From Mobula hypostoma (Eukaryota), in contig NC_086108.1 in assembly GCF_963921235.1 (NCBI RefSeq), positions 806,001 through 870,000 of the forward strand: a stretch of 64,000 nucleotides of DNA, written 5' to 3'. The translations under genes and the position numbers were made by a program. Of this stretch, positions 1 through 11,150 are shown in pieces; positions within the stretch are counted from its first letter, which is position 1, and each line of letters starts with the position of its first letter. The notes beneath the pieces are model-generated. The model saw nothing but the letters and a program-made list of their open reading frames with translations, made no database searches and had not been told where the DNA came from.

Positions 1-125
1 GCACATGGATGATAGAAAACTGGAGGGCTGTGTAGAAGGGAAGGGTTAGATTGATCTTAGAGTCGGTTAAAAGGTTGGCACCACATCATAGGTGGAAGGG
101 CCTATACTGTGCAGTGTTCTCTATG
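1..125 (+). mobile_element. CR1 LINE 3' end fragment
   Basis: Resembles the 3' UTRs of other CR1 copies here (gaagggcct...ctgtgc...ttctatg tail; compare 23700-23845). Confidence 0.65.
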
Positions 126-351
126 ACCACTGGAGCTCCAAAATAATTTGAAGCACTTTAACCTGAAGCCTCTGAAGCTTGAAACATTCCAAAGTTTAAA
201 AGTAAATTTGCTATCAAAGTACACGTACGTCGCCGTATACACCTGACATGCATTTTCTTGCAGGCATGCTCAATAAATACATAATAGAATAATAACTATA
301 ACAGAATCAATGAAAAACAGCAACTTGGGCATTCAACTGGTGTGCAAGAGA

Positions 352-1590
352 CGATACCATTGCCATCACCTTCCACCTGGCCCTAACCCACCTGGACAAA
401 AAAGACACGTACGCTCGAATGCTGTTCAGTTCAGCATTCAACACGATCATTCCTCAGAAACTGATTGGAAAGCTAAGCCTACTGGGCCTGAACACCTCCC
501 TCTGCAACTGGATCCTGAACTTCCTGACTGGGAGACCTCAGTCACTCTGGATTGGAAGCAGCATCTCCAACACCATCACACTGAGCACGGGTGCCCCCCA
601 GGGCTGTGTGCTCAGTCCACTGCTGTTCACTCTGCTGACCCACAACTGTGCTGCAACACACAGCTCGAACCACATCATCGAGTTCACCGATGACACGACC
701 GTGGTGGGTCTCATCAGCAAGAACGACGAGTCAGCATACAGAGAGGAGGTGCAGCGGCTAACGGACTGGTGCAGAGCCAACAACCTGTCTCTGAATGTGA
801 ACAAAACAAAAGAGATGGTTGTTGAATTCAGGAGGACACAGAACAACCACTCTCCACTGAACATCGACGACTCCTCCGTAGAGATCATTTAAGAGCACCA
901 AATTTCTTGGTGTTCACCTGGCAGAGAATCTCACCCGGTCCCGCAACACTAGCTCTATAGCAAAGAAAGCCTAGCAGCGTCTCTACTTTCTGCAAAGGCT
1001 GAGAAAAGTCCATCTCCCACCCCCCATCCTCACCACATTCTACAGAGGTTGTATTGAGAGCATCCTGAGCAGCTGCATCACGGCCTGGTTCGGAAATTGC
1101 ACCATCTCGGATCGCAAGACCCTGCAGCGGATAGTGAGGTCAGCTGAGAAGATTATCGGGGTCTCTCTTCCCGCCATTACAGACATTTACACCACACGCT
1201 GCATCCGTAAAGCAAACAGCATTATGAAGGACCCCACACACCCCTCATACAAACTCTTTTCCCTCCTGCCATCTGGCAGAAGGCTCAGAAGCATTCTATG
1301 ACCAGACTATGTAACAGTTTCTTCCCCCAAGCCATCAGACTCCTCAATACCCAGAGCCTGGACTGACACCAACCTACTGCTCTCTACTGTGCCTATTGTC
1401 TTGTTTATTATTTATTGTAATGCCTGCACTGTCTTGTGCACTTTATGCAGTCCTGGGTAGGTCTGTAGTCTAGTGTAGTTTTTGTATTGTTTCATGTAGC
1501 ACCATGGTCCTGAAAAAGTCTCATTTTTACTGTGTACTATACCAGCAGTTACAGTCAAAATGACAATAAAAAGTGACGACTTGATTTGAT
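352..1590 (+). mobile_element. Rex1/Babar-type LINE, 5'-truncated and degenerate
   Basis: ORF 419-892 contains [22 protein letters not shown] and FTDDTTVVG. The RT C-terminus continues with stops and frameshifts to ~1365, followed by AATAAA at ~1565 and a short repeat tail. Confidence 0.9.
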
Positions 1591-1693
1591 GTGTTTGTGC
1601 ATGTGACCTCCTTTTAGAGAGGCATCCATTAACTTGTCATTATAAAGTATCTATAAAATATAATACAACAGGCCAGTTCTGTAACTGATAGCT

Positions 1694-2191
1694 TGTTAGG
1701 ATGCTGGAGCAGGAATCCAGTTGCAGACCCAGTACTGTGCACACAGTGATATTAATTGAGTAACAAATCCCGAGGTGCAAACGAAGTCGACATCAAAGTT
1801 CAGGCAGAGATCAGAACATCCAGAGAGATCCAAAAACCAGAATCGGGAAATAGTCAGAGTCGATTTTCAGATGGGCAGAGTACAGATACAAATACTGGAA
1901 AGGCTCAGGAAAATTCCCTGGCACAATCTGGCAGCAATCAGGTGAAAACACAGGACTGAAATACACTGAACAGTAAACAGAGAGGCAGGTGATAGGTGGA
2001 GCACAATGAGACCCAGGCGGCAGCAAAACAGGTGATAATGAGAAACAGATGATAATGGAGTACTCAGTAACACAGAGGCCGGAGCAGAGCAGAGCAGGAG
2101 TGGGGACAGGAGCACATGGCAGTACAAAACCACAGACTGACAGCTAGGGGGAAACACTCAAAAAGACAGAGTTCAACTGGAGGTACTGACA
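1694..2191. mobile_element. Solo LTR in the PPP1R37 intron
   Basis: Ends are TGTTAG...CTGACA, flanked by the 5-bp direct repeat TAGCT (1689-1693 and 2192-2196). No coding content. Confidence 0.8.
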
Positions 2192-2214
2192 TAGCTCTCC
2201 ATTTCTCTTCTCAG

Positions 2215-3208
2215 GTAAAGAGCTTCATTGAAACTCAAAAGGCCCTGCTCACCGAGATCCAAAATGGTTGCAAAAGGAATTTCATTCTTGCAAAGGAAAA
2301 GGAAGAGAGAGAACAGAAGATGCGACAGTCTGCCTCAATGCCCGAGATCTCCGTGACTCTGTGCGATAAGACAGATGAGTTGCAAAATGTCCAAACCTGC
2401 CCAAGGGGCGAGGAATCAGGAAATGGAGGTGCCCAGGGAAGTGTTCCGAACATGACTGAGGACACTGAGCACTTGGATGGTGCTGATAAATCGAGGGTTT
2501 CTACCCTCTCCGTGGAATGTAATTTGACTGAACAAGATGAATCGGTGCCACAGGCTGGTCTGATCAAGCCACTTAACTCTGAACAACAGCAGGCTGCTTC
2601 AGAAATGCCTTCTGGGAAGGAGTCTGTCACGGATTCCAAGGCCGATGGTGTGGATAGCCCAGCCACAGTTGATAACCCGCAAGATAACACTGAATTATAT
2701 CCTGCAAAGTCGGAAAGCCCAGTCGCTGTCAGCCCGCCAGTGGAGGTCCCGTCACGAAACAATGAGAGGCTTGTATCCAGCCCAGGGAGAGGACACAAAG
2801 TCTTTGTGGTGACCAGAGTGGAAAGCCCACCGGAGGACCCCAGTAATCGTGACGCACAGTGGGGAGAAGAAGCACTGCAGAGCGAAAAGAATAGGACCAC
2901 AGATAATGAGGCAGAATCCCCCTTGGAGCCTTGTCAAGGTTCAGTACCAAGCACTACAGCAGCTTACACAGTTCCAGCCCCAGCCTCGGAAAGAAGTCTC
3001 CAATCCAGGAGCCTGCCGAATCAGGAAAAGCCGGTAGAGTACACTGAGCATGACTTTGAGACGGTCTGTGCTAAAGACTGTGATCATGTGATGCATGGGG
3101 GCACCTTACCGAATGGATTCAAAGCCGACCTTGTGCATAGACTGCCTGAATTAGCAGTGTTAGCAACAGGGACGGATGACAAAGTGTTGAGCTGCCACAT
3201 CGAGCAAG
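2215..3208 (+). CDS. PPP1R37: Protein phosphatase 1 regulatory subunit 37 (LRRC68), large penultimate coding exon
   Basis: The translation VKSFIETQKALLTEIQNGCKRN...SASMPE...VSSPGRGHKVFVVTRVESPPE...LPNG matches the PPP1R37 C-terminal region as I recall it. Acceptor ttctcttctcag ends at 2214; donor G|GTAAGG at 3209 (phase 1). Confidence 0.93.
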
Positions 3209-3606
3209 GTAAGGGTTATACTCTTGTTAAGGATCATTCTCGGGCTGTGTAGTAGTAATGCATAAACAGATGCTGGAAATCTAAACAACGCACACACAAA
3301 ATGCTGGAGGAAGTCGGCAGGTCCAGCAGCATCTATGGAGAGAAATAAACAGTTGACTTTGCGAGCTGAGACCCTTCTTTAGAACTGAGAAGGAGGGGGG
3401 AAGATGCCAGAATAAAAAGTTGTGGGGTGAGGAGGGAGAAGGAGGCAAGCTGGAAGGTGATGAGTGAAGCCAGGTGAGTGGGAAAAGCCAAAGACTGGAG
3501 AAGAAAGAATCTGATAGGAGAGGAGAGTGGACCAGAGGAGAAAGGGAAGGAGGAAGGGACCTCAGAGGGAATAATGAGCAGGTGAGAAGATATAAAAGGT
3601 CAGAGT

Positions 3607-4158
3607 TGTTGTTCGTCCATCGTTGATGTCGATGAAGACCTCGACACTATTATTGATGGTGTCGAGACTAGCGCTTGATTTGGATTTAAGTGAAGGAAAG
3701 TTGTGCAGTGTCAGCCTCACTCTCTCTTCCCAATTCCCATCTGGGTCCAGTGGCAAGACAGAGTCGAGGCGGCTGGAGATGGGACTAGGCGCAGTGGATG
3801 ATCAGGGCAACTTCTGTTCTACACGTTCCACGATGCTTGCAGAGACTGCCTTCTTGACCATTGGACCTTCCATTGGTCTCATCTGCTCAATCCACCGGAG
3901 TCTGTCTTCACATGCTGGGATAGACAACTCCCTATCTCACCGAGGGTTTGAGACCCGTCGGCTACCCTCACCTGGTTTAGCCGGCTCGTCGAAGCCATTG
4001 CCCGGGGTGTGGTCGCTGTCGCATGCAAACAGCTACGGGGAGCCACAGGTGAGAGCTGAGTGCCAGGTGGGGACCAAAGGTGGATTAACCGCCTTGAAAA
4101 GGACACGACGTGTTCCCCCACCAGAGGTGCTACCCCTCCCTGACACCCCATACACCCC
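3607..4158 (-). mobile_element. Non-autonomous RTE-derived retroposon, apparently full length
   Basis: 13-bp TSD AAAAGGTCAGAGT (3594-3606 and 4159-4171), (CAA)n-type 3' tail and RTE-like 5' UTR sequence. Confidence 0.85.
3967..4158 (-). ncRNA. HDV-like self-cleaving ribozyme fold at the element's 5' end
   Basis: P1 GGGGUGU/ACACCCC; P2 CUCACCUG/CAGGUGAG; P3 GGC/ACC (one mismatch); L3 starting UCC; P1.1 GG; P4 GGCUU/GAGCC; J4/2 GCUAA. All paired by hand. Confidence 0.72.
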
Positions 4159-4789
4159 AAAAGGTCAGAGTGGGGAATAGAGGAAGGGGGGGGGGTTGTT
4201 TACAGGAAGGAGAAATTGATATTCGTGCCATCAAGTTGGAGGCTACCCAGACAGAAGATAAGGTGTTGCTCCTTCACCTTGAGGGTGGCCTCCCCTTGGC
4301 ACTAGAGGAGGCCATGGACCGACGTGTCGAAGCAGGAATGGGAATTGCAATTGAAGTATTTGGCCATCAGAAGTTCCCACTTGTGGTGGATGGTGCAGAG
4401 CTGCTGGACGAAGTGGTCACCCAATTTACGATGGGCCGCACCAATATAGAGGAAGCCAACCACGGCTGACAAGCTCAATCTGCCCGAAGTGACTGGTTTT
4501 ATGGCACCAGTAACCTGTCTTTGCCCCTTCTCCTGTCAGTAGAAATGGTTCCACTGGGCTTAGTATCCAAGCCATACATGAAGGCCAGGATCTGGAATTT
4601 AACTTCCAACTGATTCTCCATGGCTAGTGAAACTCGAAATTGGATGTTGGATATTCTCAATCCTATTGAAACTACATAGGAAGACAGCAGCTAAATGTTC
4701 CTGCTATTAACTAATTGTTAAAGGTGTATCCCTGTCACTTAAAGCACATTGCAGGACAGATCTTTTTTGTCTATTACCCTTCTGTTTTA

Positions 4790-5890
4790 TAGAGTCATAG
4801 AATTCTACAGCACAAAAGTGGGCATTAGGTCCATCTAGTCTGTGTTGTTCTATTATTCTGCCTAGACCCATCGACCTGCACATGGACCATAGTTCTCCAT
4901 ACCCTTCCCATCAAATGATTGCATAGACTATGTTACTGCAATGCATTTTTTACTGGCCTTCCAAAGCAATCTCTTGACAAAGATCAACATTGCTCCTAGA
5001 CTTTTAAATGAAGCCAGGATGAGGGAGCTTATCACTCCCGCCCTAGCTATGCTGCATGGGCTTTTAGAATTGATTTTAAAATTCTCTTTCGTCAGAATCA
5101 AAATCAGGTTTAATATCACCGACATATGTGATGAAATTTGTTTAAACTTGTTTTTAAAGCCTTGTTCTCAATGGTCTGAGTCTGGAGTACAGAATCACTT
5201 TTGCTTTTTTAATCCTGCTCGCACTCTCAGGTCTTCTTTTGCCAGGCTTATAAATTTAAACAATCTCCCTCAAACGATAATTGGCAGGTCACTTTTTTTT
5301 GAACCACATTCCTAAATTGTGGAACTCAATACTAAATCTGTAAGGGATGCAGACTCAGTTGGCACTTTTATACGCCAGTTCAAAACCTATTTATTTAACC
5401 TTACTTTTAACTAACATTTTTTATCTTTTATTTTCATGTTTGCAATTAATCCCATTGTAAAGCACTTGGAATCACATCATCATCAGGTTTTTGCAGCTGT
5501 GGGGTTCTAACATTTTCTGTCATTTATTCTTCGTTTTATTTTCTCTCGGTTTCATGGATGTCTGTGAAGAGTATGGATTTCAAGTTGTATACTGTAAACA
5601 TTCTCTGATATTAAATTGAACAACTGTATGAAAATTGCTCCATAAATAAGTTGTTATTATTATTATTCCCATCCATGTACTTATCCAAAATTCTCTTAAA
5701 TGTTGAATTCAAACCCACATCCACCACTTTTGCTGGCAACTCGTTCCACACTGTCACCACCTTCATGTTCCACTCAAATCTTTTGCCTGTCTCCCTTAAC
5801 TCATAACATCTGGTTCTAGTTTCACCCCACCTCAGTAGAAAAAGCCTGCTTGCTTTTTATCTTATTTATACCCCTCATAATGTTGTATAT
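4790..5890 (-). mobile_element. CR1 3' end interrupted by an L2 insertion
   Basis: CR1 3' UTR sequence at 4790-4912 resumes at ~5666 and resembles 10710-11150 and 55970-56350. Confidence 0.7.
4913..5665 (+). mobile_element. L2 LINE 3' fragment
   Basis: DYVTAM/DYCNA-like L2 C-terminal remnant, (TTA)n tail at ~5655, and TTCCCATC repeated at both junctions. Confidence 0.65.
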
Positions 5891-6294
5891 AAAATTTATA
5901 CGAATCAGTTGTAAATTCATGGGCCCATCCTCAATACAATAACAAAAGGGGTGTACCTTGGGTGTCTGGAGTTTGTACTTGTGGAACAGACATCAGTGTT
6001 AAACGTTCAGGAGGCTTCTGCTAGTTGAGATATACTACCATTATAAATGTGAAGTTCTGTAGATCTGCCTGACTATTTTCAAAATGTTAACTTTGGGTGA
6101 GTGATTATAGTAGTTGAGTCTGTAGTTAGTCATTTGATGCTTTTCCAGTTCCAGCTTCTGTGTGTCAGTCACAACACTGTAATATGACAGCTCAGTCAAA
6201 GCAGGAGCTGAATTCCTTGGTTTTATTGGTAATATGGTGGAATGCATGTTGTCCCTTCTACATCATTCTGCACCCTGTCCTACCTTTCATGTTA

Positions 6295-6419
6295 CAGGTC
6301 GACCTTCACTAATCCGGCACCATTGGGACCCAGGGAGTGCCAGTCACATTAAGCATAATCAGTGCCGGATTATCAAAGGAACCGGATTACGGGTAGTCGG
6401 ATTAGTGAAGCTCAACCTG
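6295..6419. mobile_element. Tc1/mariner (pogo/Tigger-like) MITE
   Basis: TIR CAGGTCGACCTTCACTAATCCG versus the reverse complement of the right end, CAGGTTGAGCTTCACTAATCCG. TA on both sides. Confidence 0.85.
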
Positions 6420-6426
6420 TACCACT

Positions 6427-6778
6427 GTTTGTTCGTTCGTTATATGCTGTGTCATATGACAAAGATTGTTGCTTCCAAATTTTTTCTATAGAAGTGGTTT
6501 GCCATTGCCACCTTCTGGGCAGTGTCTTTACAAGACAGTTGACCCCACCCATTAGCAATACTCTTCAGAGTTTGTCTGCCTAGCATCAGTGGTCACATAA
6601 CCAGGACCTGTGATGCACCAGCTGCTCATACGACCATTCACCACCTGCTCCAATGGCTTCCCGTGACCCTGATCAGGGAGGTGGGGGCTAAGCAGGTGGT
6701 ACACCTTGCCCAGACTAGCAGAGGGAAGGAGTGCCTTACACCTCCTTTGGTAGAGACATATCTCTACCCCGCCACCCC
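6427..6778 (-). mobile_element. RTE-mobilised SINE-like family, copy 1
   Basis: Four homologous copies in the window. The 3' part (gaaggtggcaatggcaaaccac) resembles BovB/RTE 3' ends and is followed by a microsatellite tail. Confidence 0.75.
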
Positions 6779-6994
6779 ATGGACCACAATGTACTCTAAT
6801 CCATAGAGTCATAGATACATACAAAAAAGAAACATGTTTTTAAGCCTACCAAGATAGCACTGACCATCAACAACTAATAATACAACACCAGTCCCATTTT
6901 TTTTAAAACTTCTCCCCACATTCTCATTGGCTCCTTGCAGTTTCTACCTCTCACCTACACCTTGAGCAAATTACAGCGGCCAATTAATCTATCT

Positions 6995-7400
6995 GGGTGG
7001 TGGGGTGGAGATACATCTCTTCCAAAGGAGGTATCAGACACTCCTTCCCTCGCTGGCCTGCAGGTCACCCTTGGGCAAGGTGTAGCACCTGCTTAGCCCC
7101 TCCAACCCCACCCACCCTCCACCCAGTCAGTGTCAGGCGAATCCATTGAAGTAGGTGGCAGATGGTCATATGAGCAGCCAGTGCATATCCCAAGTCCTGG
7201 TTATGCAACCACTGACTCCAGGTTGAAAATCTCTGAAGTGTATTGCTGATGGCTAGGGATCACTTGTCTTGTAAAGACACTGCCCAGAAGGTGGCAATGG
7301 CAAACCATTTCTACAGAAAAATTTGTAGAGAAAAGAAAAATCATGGTCATTGACCATGATTGCCCATGTCTTACGACATGGCATATAATGATGATGATGA
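6995..7400 (+). mobile_element. RTE-mobilised SINE-like family, copy 2
   Basis: Inverted homologue of 6427-6778, ending in (GAT)n like the neighbouring RTE. Confidence 0.75.
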
Positions 7401-7696
7401 ACTAACCTACCAACTCACACATCTTTTGAGCAGGTGAGGAAACTAGAGCACCTCGGGGGTGGGGGGAAGCCTGAGTGGACAGGGGAAACATGCAGACTCC
7501 ACTCAGGGAGCAGCAGAGGTCAGGAATGAACAGAAGTCGTTGGAGCTGTAATAAGACTAGGCAGAATCACAGTTTGGCTTGGAATCAATGGGCCAAAGGG
7601 CCTGTTTCTGTGATGCTATGACAAAGCATGTAGGGGATTGGGGAATATGACATGGAAAATTGATGTGCGCCAGCCTTGGTTTTAAATGGTGAAGTT

Positions 7697-9505
7697 GTCA
7701 TCATCATCATCAGCTGCCGTGCCCAGTTTGAGCTTTGACTGCCATGGCCCACACACTCCTGTTTCGGGTCAAGTGTACCAATTCATTGGTGTTCATTTCC
7801 AGTTCTCTGGCTGCTGTCTCCATCATCATTTATCTTTTGTCTTCCTCTCGCTTTCTTCCCTTCAATCTTCCCCATAATTACCGTGCATTTTAACTGCTCT
7901 TTCCTAATCACATTTCCAATGAAGTTACGTTGCCATTTCATGATCTCATACATTATCTCTCTTTTTGTGTTTGCTCTGTTCATGACATCCTCGTTAGATA
8001 TTCGTTTCGTCCATGATATTCTTTGCATCCTCCTCAAAAACCACATCTCTGCTGCTTCAATTTGTTTCCTCATGTTACTAGATATTGTCCAACATTCTGA
8101 GCCATATAACATAACTGGATAAACATAACATTTCAGTATTCTGAGGTGGGTTGTCATGCCTAGTTTAGTATTGGTCAGTATACTCTTCATTCTCGTAAAG
8201 ATGTCTTTTGCCATCCCCATTCTTCTTTTGATGTCCATATCACATCTGCCATCTGATGTCACCCAGCTTCCTAAGTAGCAAAAGTTCCGTACTTGTTTTA
8301 TGCCTTCCCCTTTTATTCTCAGCCTGCAGATAGGATTCTCCTTCTTTTTGGATATCACCATACATTCTGTCTTTTTGCAATTGATAGACTCATTTTTGCA
8401 CTTTCTTCAACAATTATATCAATTAAATTTTGTAGTTCTTCCTCCGTACTTGCAATTAACGCAGTGTCATCTGCATATCTAAAATTATTGACGTTTTCAC
8501 CGTCAACTTTGATTCCCAAGATGTATCTTGTTTTTTGTAATATTGTTTCACTGTACACATTAAATAAATCAGGGGAGAAAACACACCCTTGTCTGATGCC
8601 TGTCTTGATTTTCGTAAACTGACTCACTTCTCCATCTATTCTTAAAGCGGCAGTTTGTTCCCAGTACAGATTTCTGATTAGGCAGAGGTCTTTCGAATCT
8701 AGATCTAGAGTTTTCTGTAATATTTCAAATAACTTATTGTGCTTCACTTTATCAAATGCTTTTGTGTAGTCGATAAAACAAACAAATCTTTTTGCACTTG
8801 AATAGCTCATTCTGATAGTATCCTTAACATCAATATTGTGTTTCTTGTACCTTTGTCTTTCACAAATCCACATTGTTCTTTGCCTATTTCAGCTTGTGTC
8901 TTACTTTTAGCTCTTGTCATCAAAATTCTCAGAAGTATCTTTGTGATGTGACTCGTTAAACTTATGGTCCTATGTAATTCACATTCTAATGCTCCAGGTT
9001 TCTTAGGAAAAGTGATAAATACTGATTTTGTCATCTCTTCTGATACTATTCCAGTCTCATAAATGTTATTGATTAAATCAGTAAGTTTTTCAATTCCATA
9101 ATCTTCAAGGGCGATAATTTGTTCTATTACTAATTCATTAGGACCTGCTGCCTTTCCTTTCTTCATCTTATTTATTGCATTACAGACTTCAGATTTTAAA
9201 ATACTTGGACCTTCAATGTTTTTCTTAATTTTTAGTTTTTTCCTCGATCGTCTTCAAACAATTCCTGAATATACTCAGTTCATCTGTTCATAATCTCATC
9301 TTTTTCCATGATAATGGTACCGTCCTTTGCTTTCAAAATTCCACCTGAAGAACAGAGGAGCTTTTTACCAGTGATATTCTTGATTTGTTGATGTAACCTT
9401 TTTGGATCAGTAATAGGGATTCTTTCTATTTGCTCACATTCCTGGTTCAACCATTCTTTGGCTTTTTGACATAAGCTTTTAACTTATGTCAAAAAGCCAA
9501 AGAAG
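7697..9505 (-). mobile_element. RTE (BovB-like) LINE, 5'-truncated and frameshifted
   Basis: ORFs 7783-9166 contain FIDYTKAFDKV, GIRQGCVFSP and RYADDTALIA. (GAT)n tail at 7698-7712. 12-bp TSD AATGGTGAAGTT (7685-7696 and 9506-9517). Confidence 0.93.
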
Positions 9506-9797
9506 AATGGTGAAGTTATAATGAAATAAATATGGAATGAGTAATTAATGAAGTATTAAATGGCAAAACAGTAATGAAGAACCTTATTGTCTATTTTTGC
9601 CCTCTTGTACAATGGGAAATCAGGACTTCAGTATGTTTTCTTGCTAATATTCTCCCACCTTCCCCACTGTTCCTTCCAACTATTCATTCCTCACTCAATT
9701 AATGGAAATGTTGATATTTCTGCACTCCACACTGTGCAAAGGTTAGTTTCACGAGCCCACCACTATCCAGGACAGTTAACAGGGCTAGGGTAGAATA

Positions 9798-9920
9798 TGG
9801 GTCCAGGTGAAGGGTTTCGGCCAGAACGTCAATTGTTTACTATTTTCCATGCCTGCTGAGTTCCTCCAGCATTTTGTGTGTTGCTTTGATTTCCTGTATC
9901 TGCAGGCTTTCTACTGTTTA
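9798..9920 (+). mobile_element. Penelope pLTR fragment with decayed hammerhead
   Basis: gtccaggtgaagggtttcggccagaacgtc...gagttcctccagcattttgtgtg is homologous to 31400-31538. Confidence 0.6.
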
Positions 9921-10042
9921 GAATATGGGACTTTAATCAATTGAACCATTGCAAGCTTCTTAATACTCTAAAATCCAGTTGCCTTTTTCATTTCTGTGTT
10001 CTTTCCCTCTCTGTTAATAGATATGATTGTTTTTTTTTAAAG

Positions 10043-10125
10043 AGTTTACAAGTCCTAAAACTGAAAAGGAGTTGGAGAAGTTACTGCTGGAAGCGAGCCA
10101 GGAAACCTGTCGTGAAACATCCTGA
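10043..10125 (+). CDS. PPP1R37: PPP1R37 last coding exon (exon extends to 10135)
   Basis: The phase-1 join G|AG gives EFTSPKTEKELEKLLLEASQETCRETS*, matching the PPP1R37 terminus (EKELEELLLEASQE) as I recall it. Acceptor t9-aaag; donor GTAAGG at 10136. Confidence 0.9.
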
Positions 10126-10709
10126 AGCTGAGCCGGTAAGGAGGTTTCCCATTTCTAATTTTTAAAAAAGACATTAAAAACCCTATTGATGAATCGCATG
10201 ACTGGACTTGCTGCAAACGAACTAAAACTCGGGTAAGAGGAGGAAAAAGCTACAACAGCTTCTTCCAACAATAGGTGGCTAATTTCTCTGTTGAACAACA
10301 CCTGTGAGTCTTGTTTGATCTGACCTGTGCTTGACTCCAGGCCCTCACTGATATCATCAACTGACCTCTACATATATACAATCAAATGAAACCGCATTCC
10401 TCCAGACCAAGAAGCACTCACTCAGAATACATTTATCACAAATAGCACAATAAACAAAATATAACCACAAATAACTTTGTAAAATATAATTCAAATTTCA
10501 TATAGCGTTCAACACAGGTATACAATAAACAGTACAGTAAATAGCTCACTGTCCTAGTAACAACACCTCGGTGATGGCAGGGTATTCATTAGTCTTGTTC
10601 CTGCACTCACACTTAGTCCTAGTTCAAAGGCAGTTAGCCATGTACAATAAATTCTGGGCTTGCCAATGATGTCCGCATTCTGTGAACAATAAATTTATAA
10701 CATCTACAC

Positions 10710-11150
10710 TTTAGAGTCATAGAAAAGTACAGCTCAGAAACCGGCCCTTCAGCCCATCTAGTCCGTGCCAAGCCATTTAAACTGTTGACTATCATCGATC
10801 TGCACCAGGACCAAAGCTCTCCATGCCACTACCATCCATGTACCTATCCAAATTTTGCTTAAATGTCTAAATCAAGTTTGCGTGCACCACTTAAGCTAGC
10901 AGCTCATTCCATACTCTCACGACTCTATGACTGAAGAGGTTTCTCCTCATGTTCCCCTTAACTCATGACCTCTGGTTGTAGTTCAACCCAACCTCAGTGG
11001 AAAAAGCCTACTTGCATTTACCCTATCTATACCCCTCATAATTTGGTATACCTCTATCAACTCTCAATCTTCTGCATTCTTCTACGCTATTCATCTTTCC
11101 TTATAACTCAGGTCGTCCAGACCTGGCAACATGCTTGTAAGTTTTCCCTG
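10710..11150 (-). mobile_element. CR1 3' fragment
   Basis: Homologous to 55970-56460. Confidence 0.75.

Larger units (their letters stand above)
3265..4468 (-). mobile_element. Penelope-like element remnant (GIY-YIG C-terminus plus pLTR), split by an RTE-derived insertion
   Basis: Minus strand 4195-4460 reads GFLYIGAAHRKLGDHF...EQHLIFCLGSLQLDGTNINFSFL*. A pyrimidine-rich spacer and a pLTR with a decayed hammerhead (~3350-3388) follow. Confidence 0.8.

Noticed and set aside
2116..2214. N-terminal 33 aa of ORF 2116-3252 and its tail after 3208
   Set aside because: They lie in the LTR or intron, outside the splice sites; the ORF is an internal exon.
3623..4180. 185-aa ORF
   Set aside because: It is the antisense reading of the non-coding RTE-derived element.
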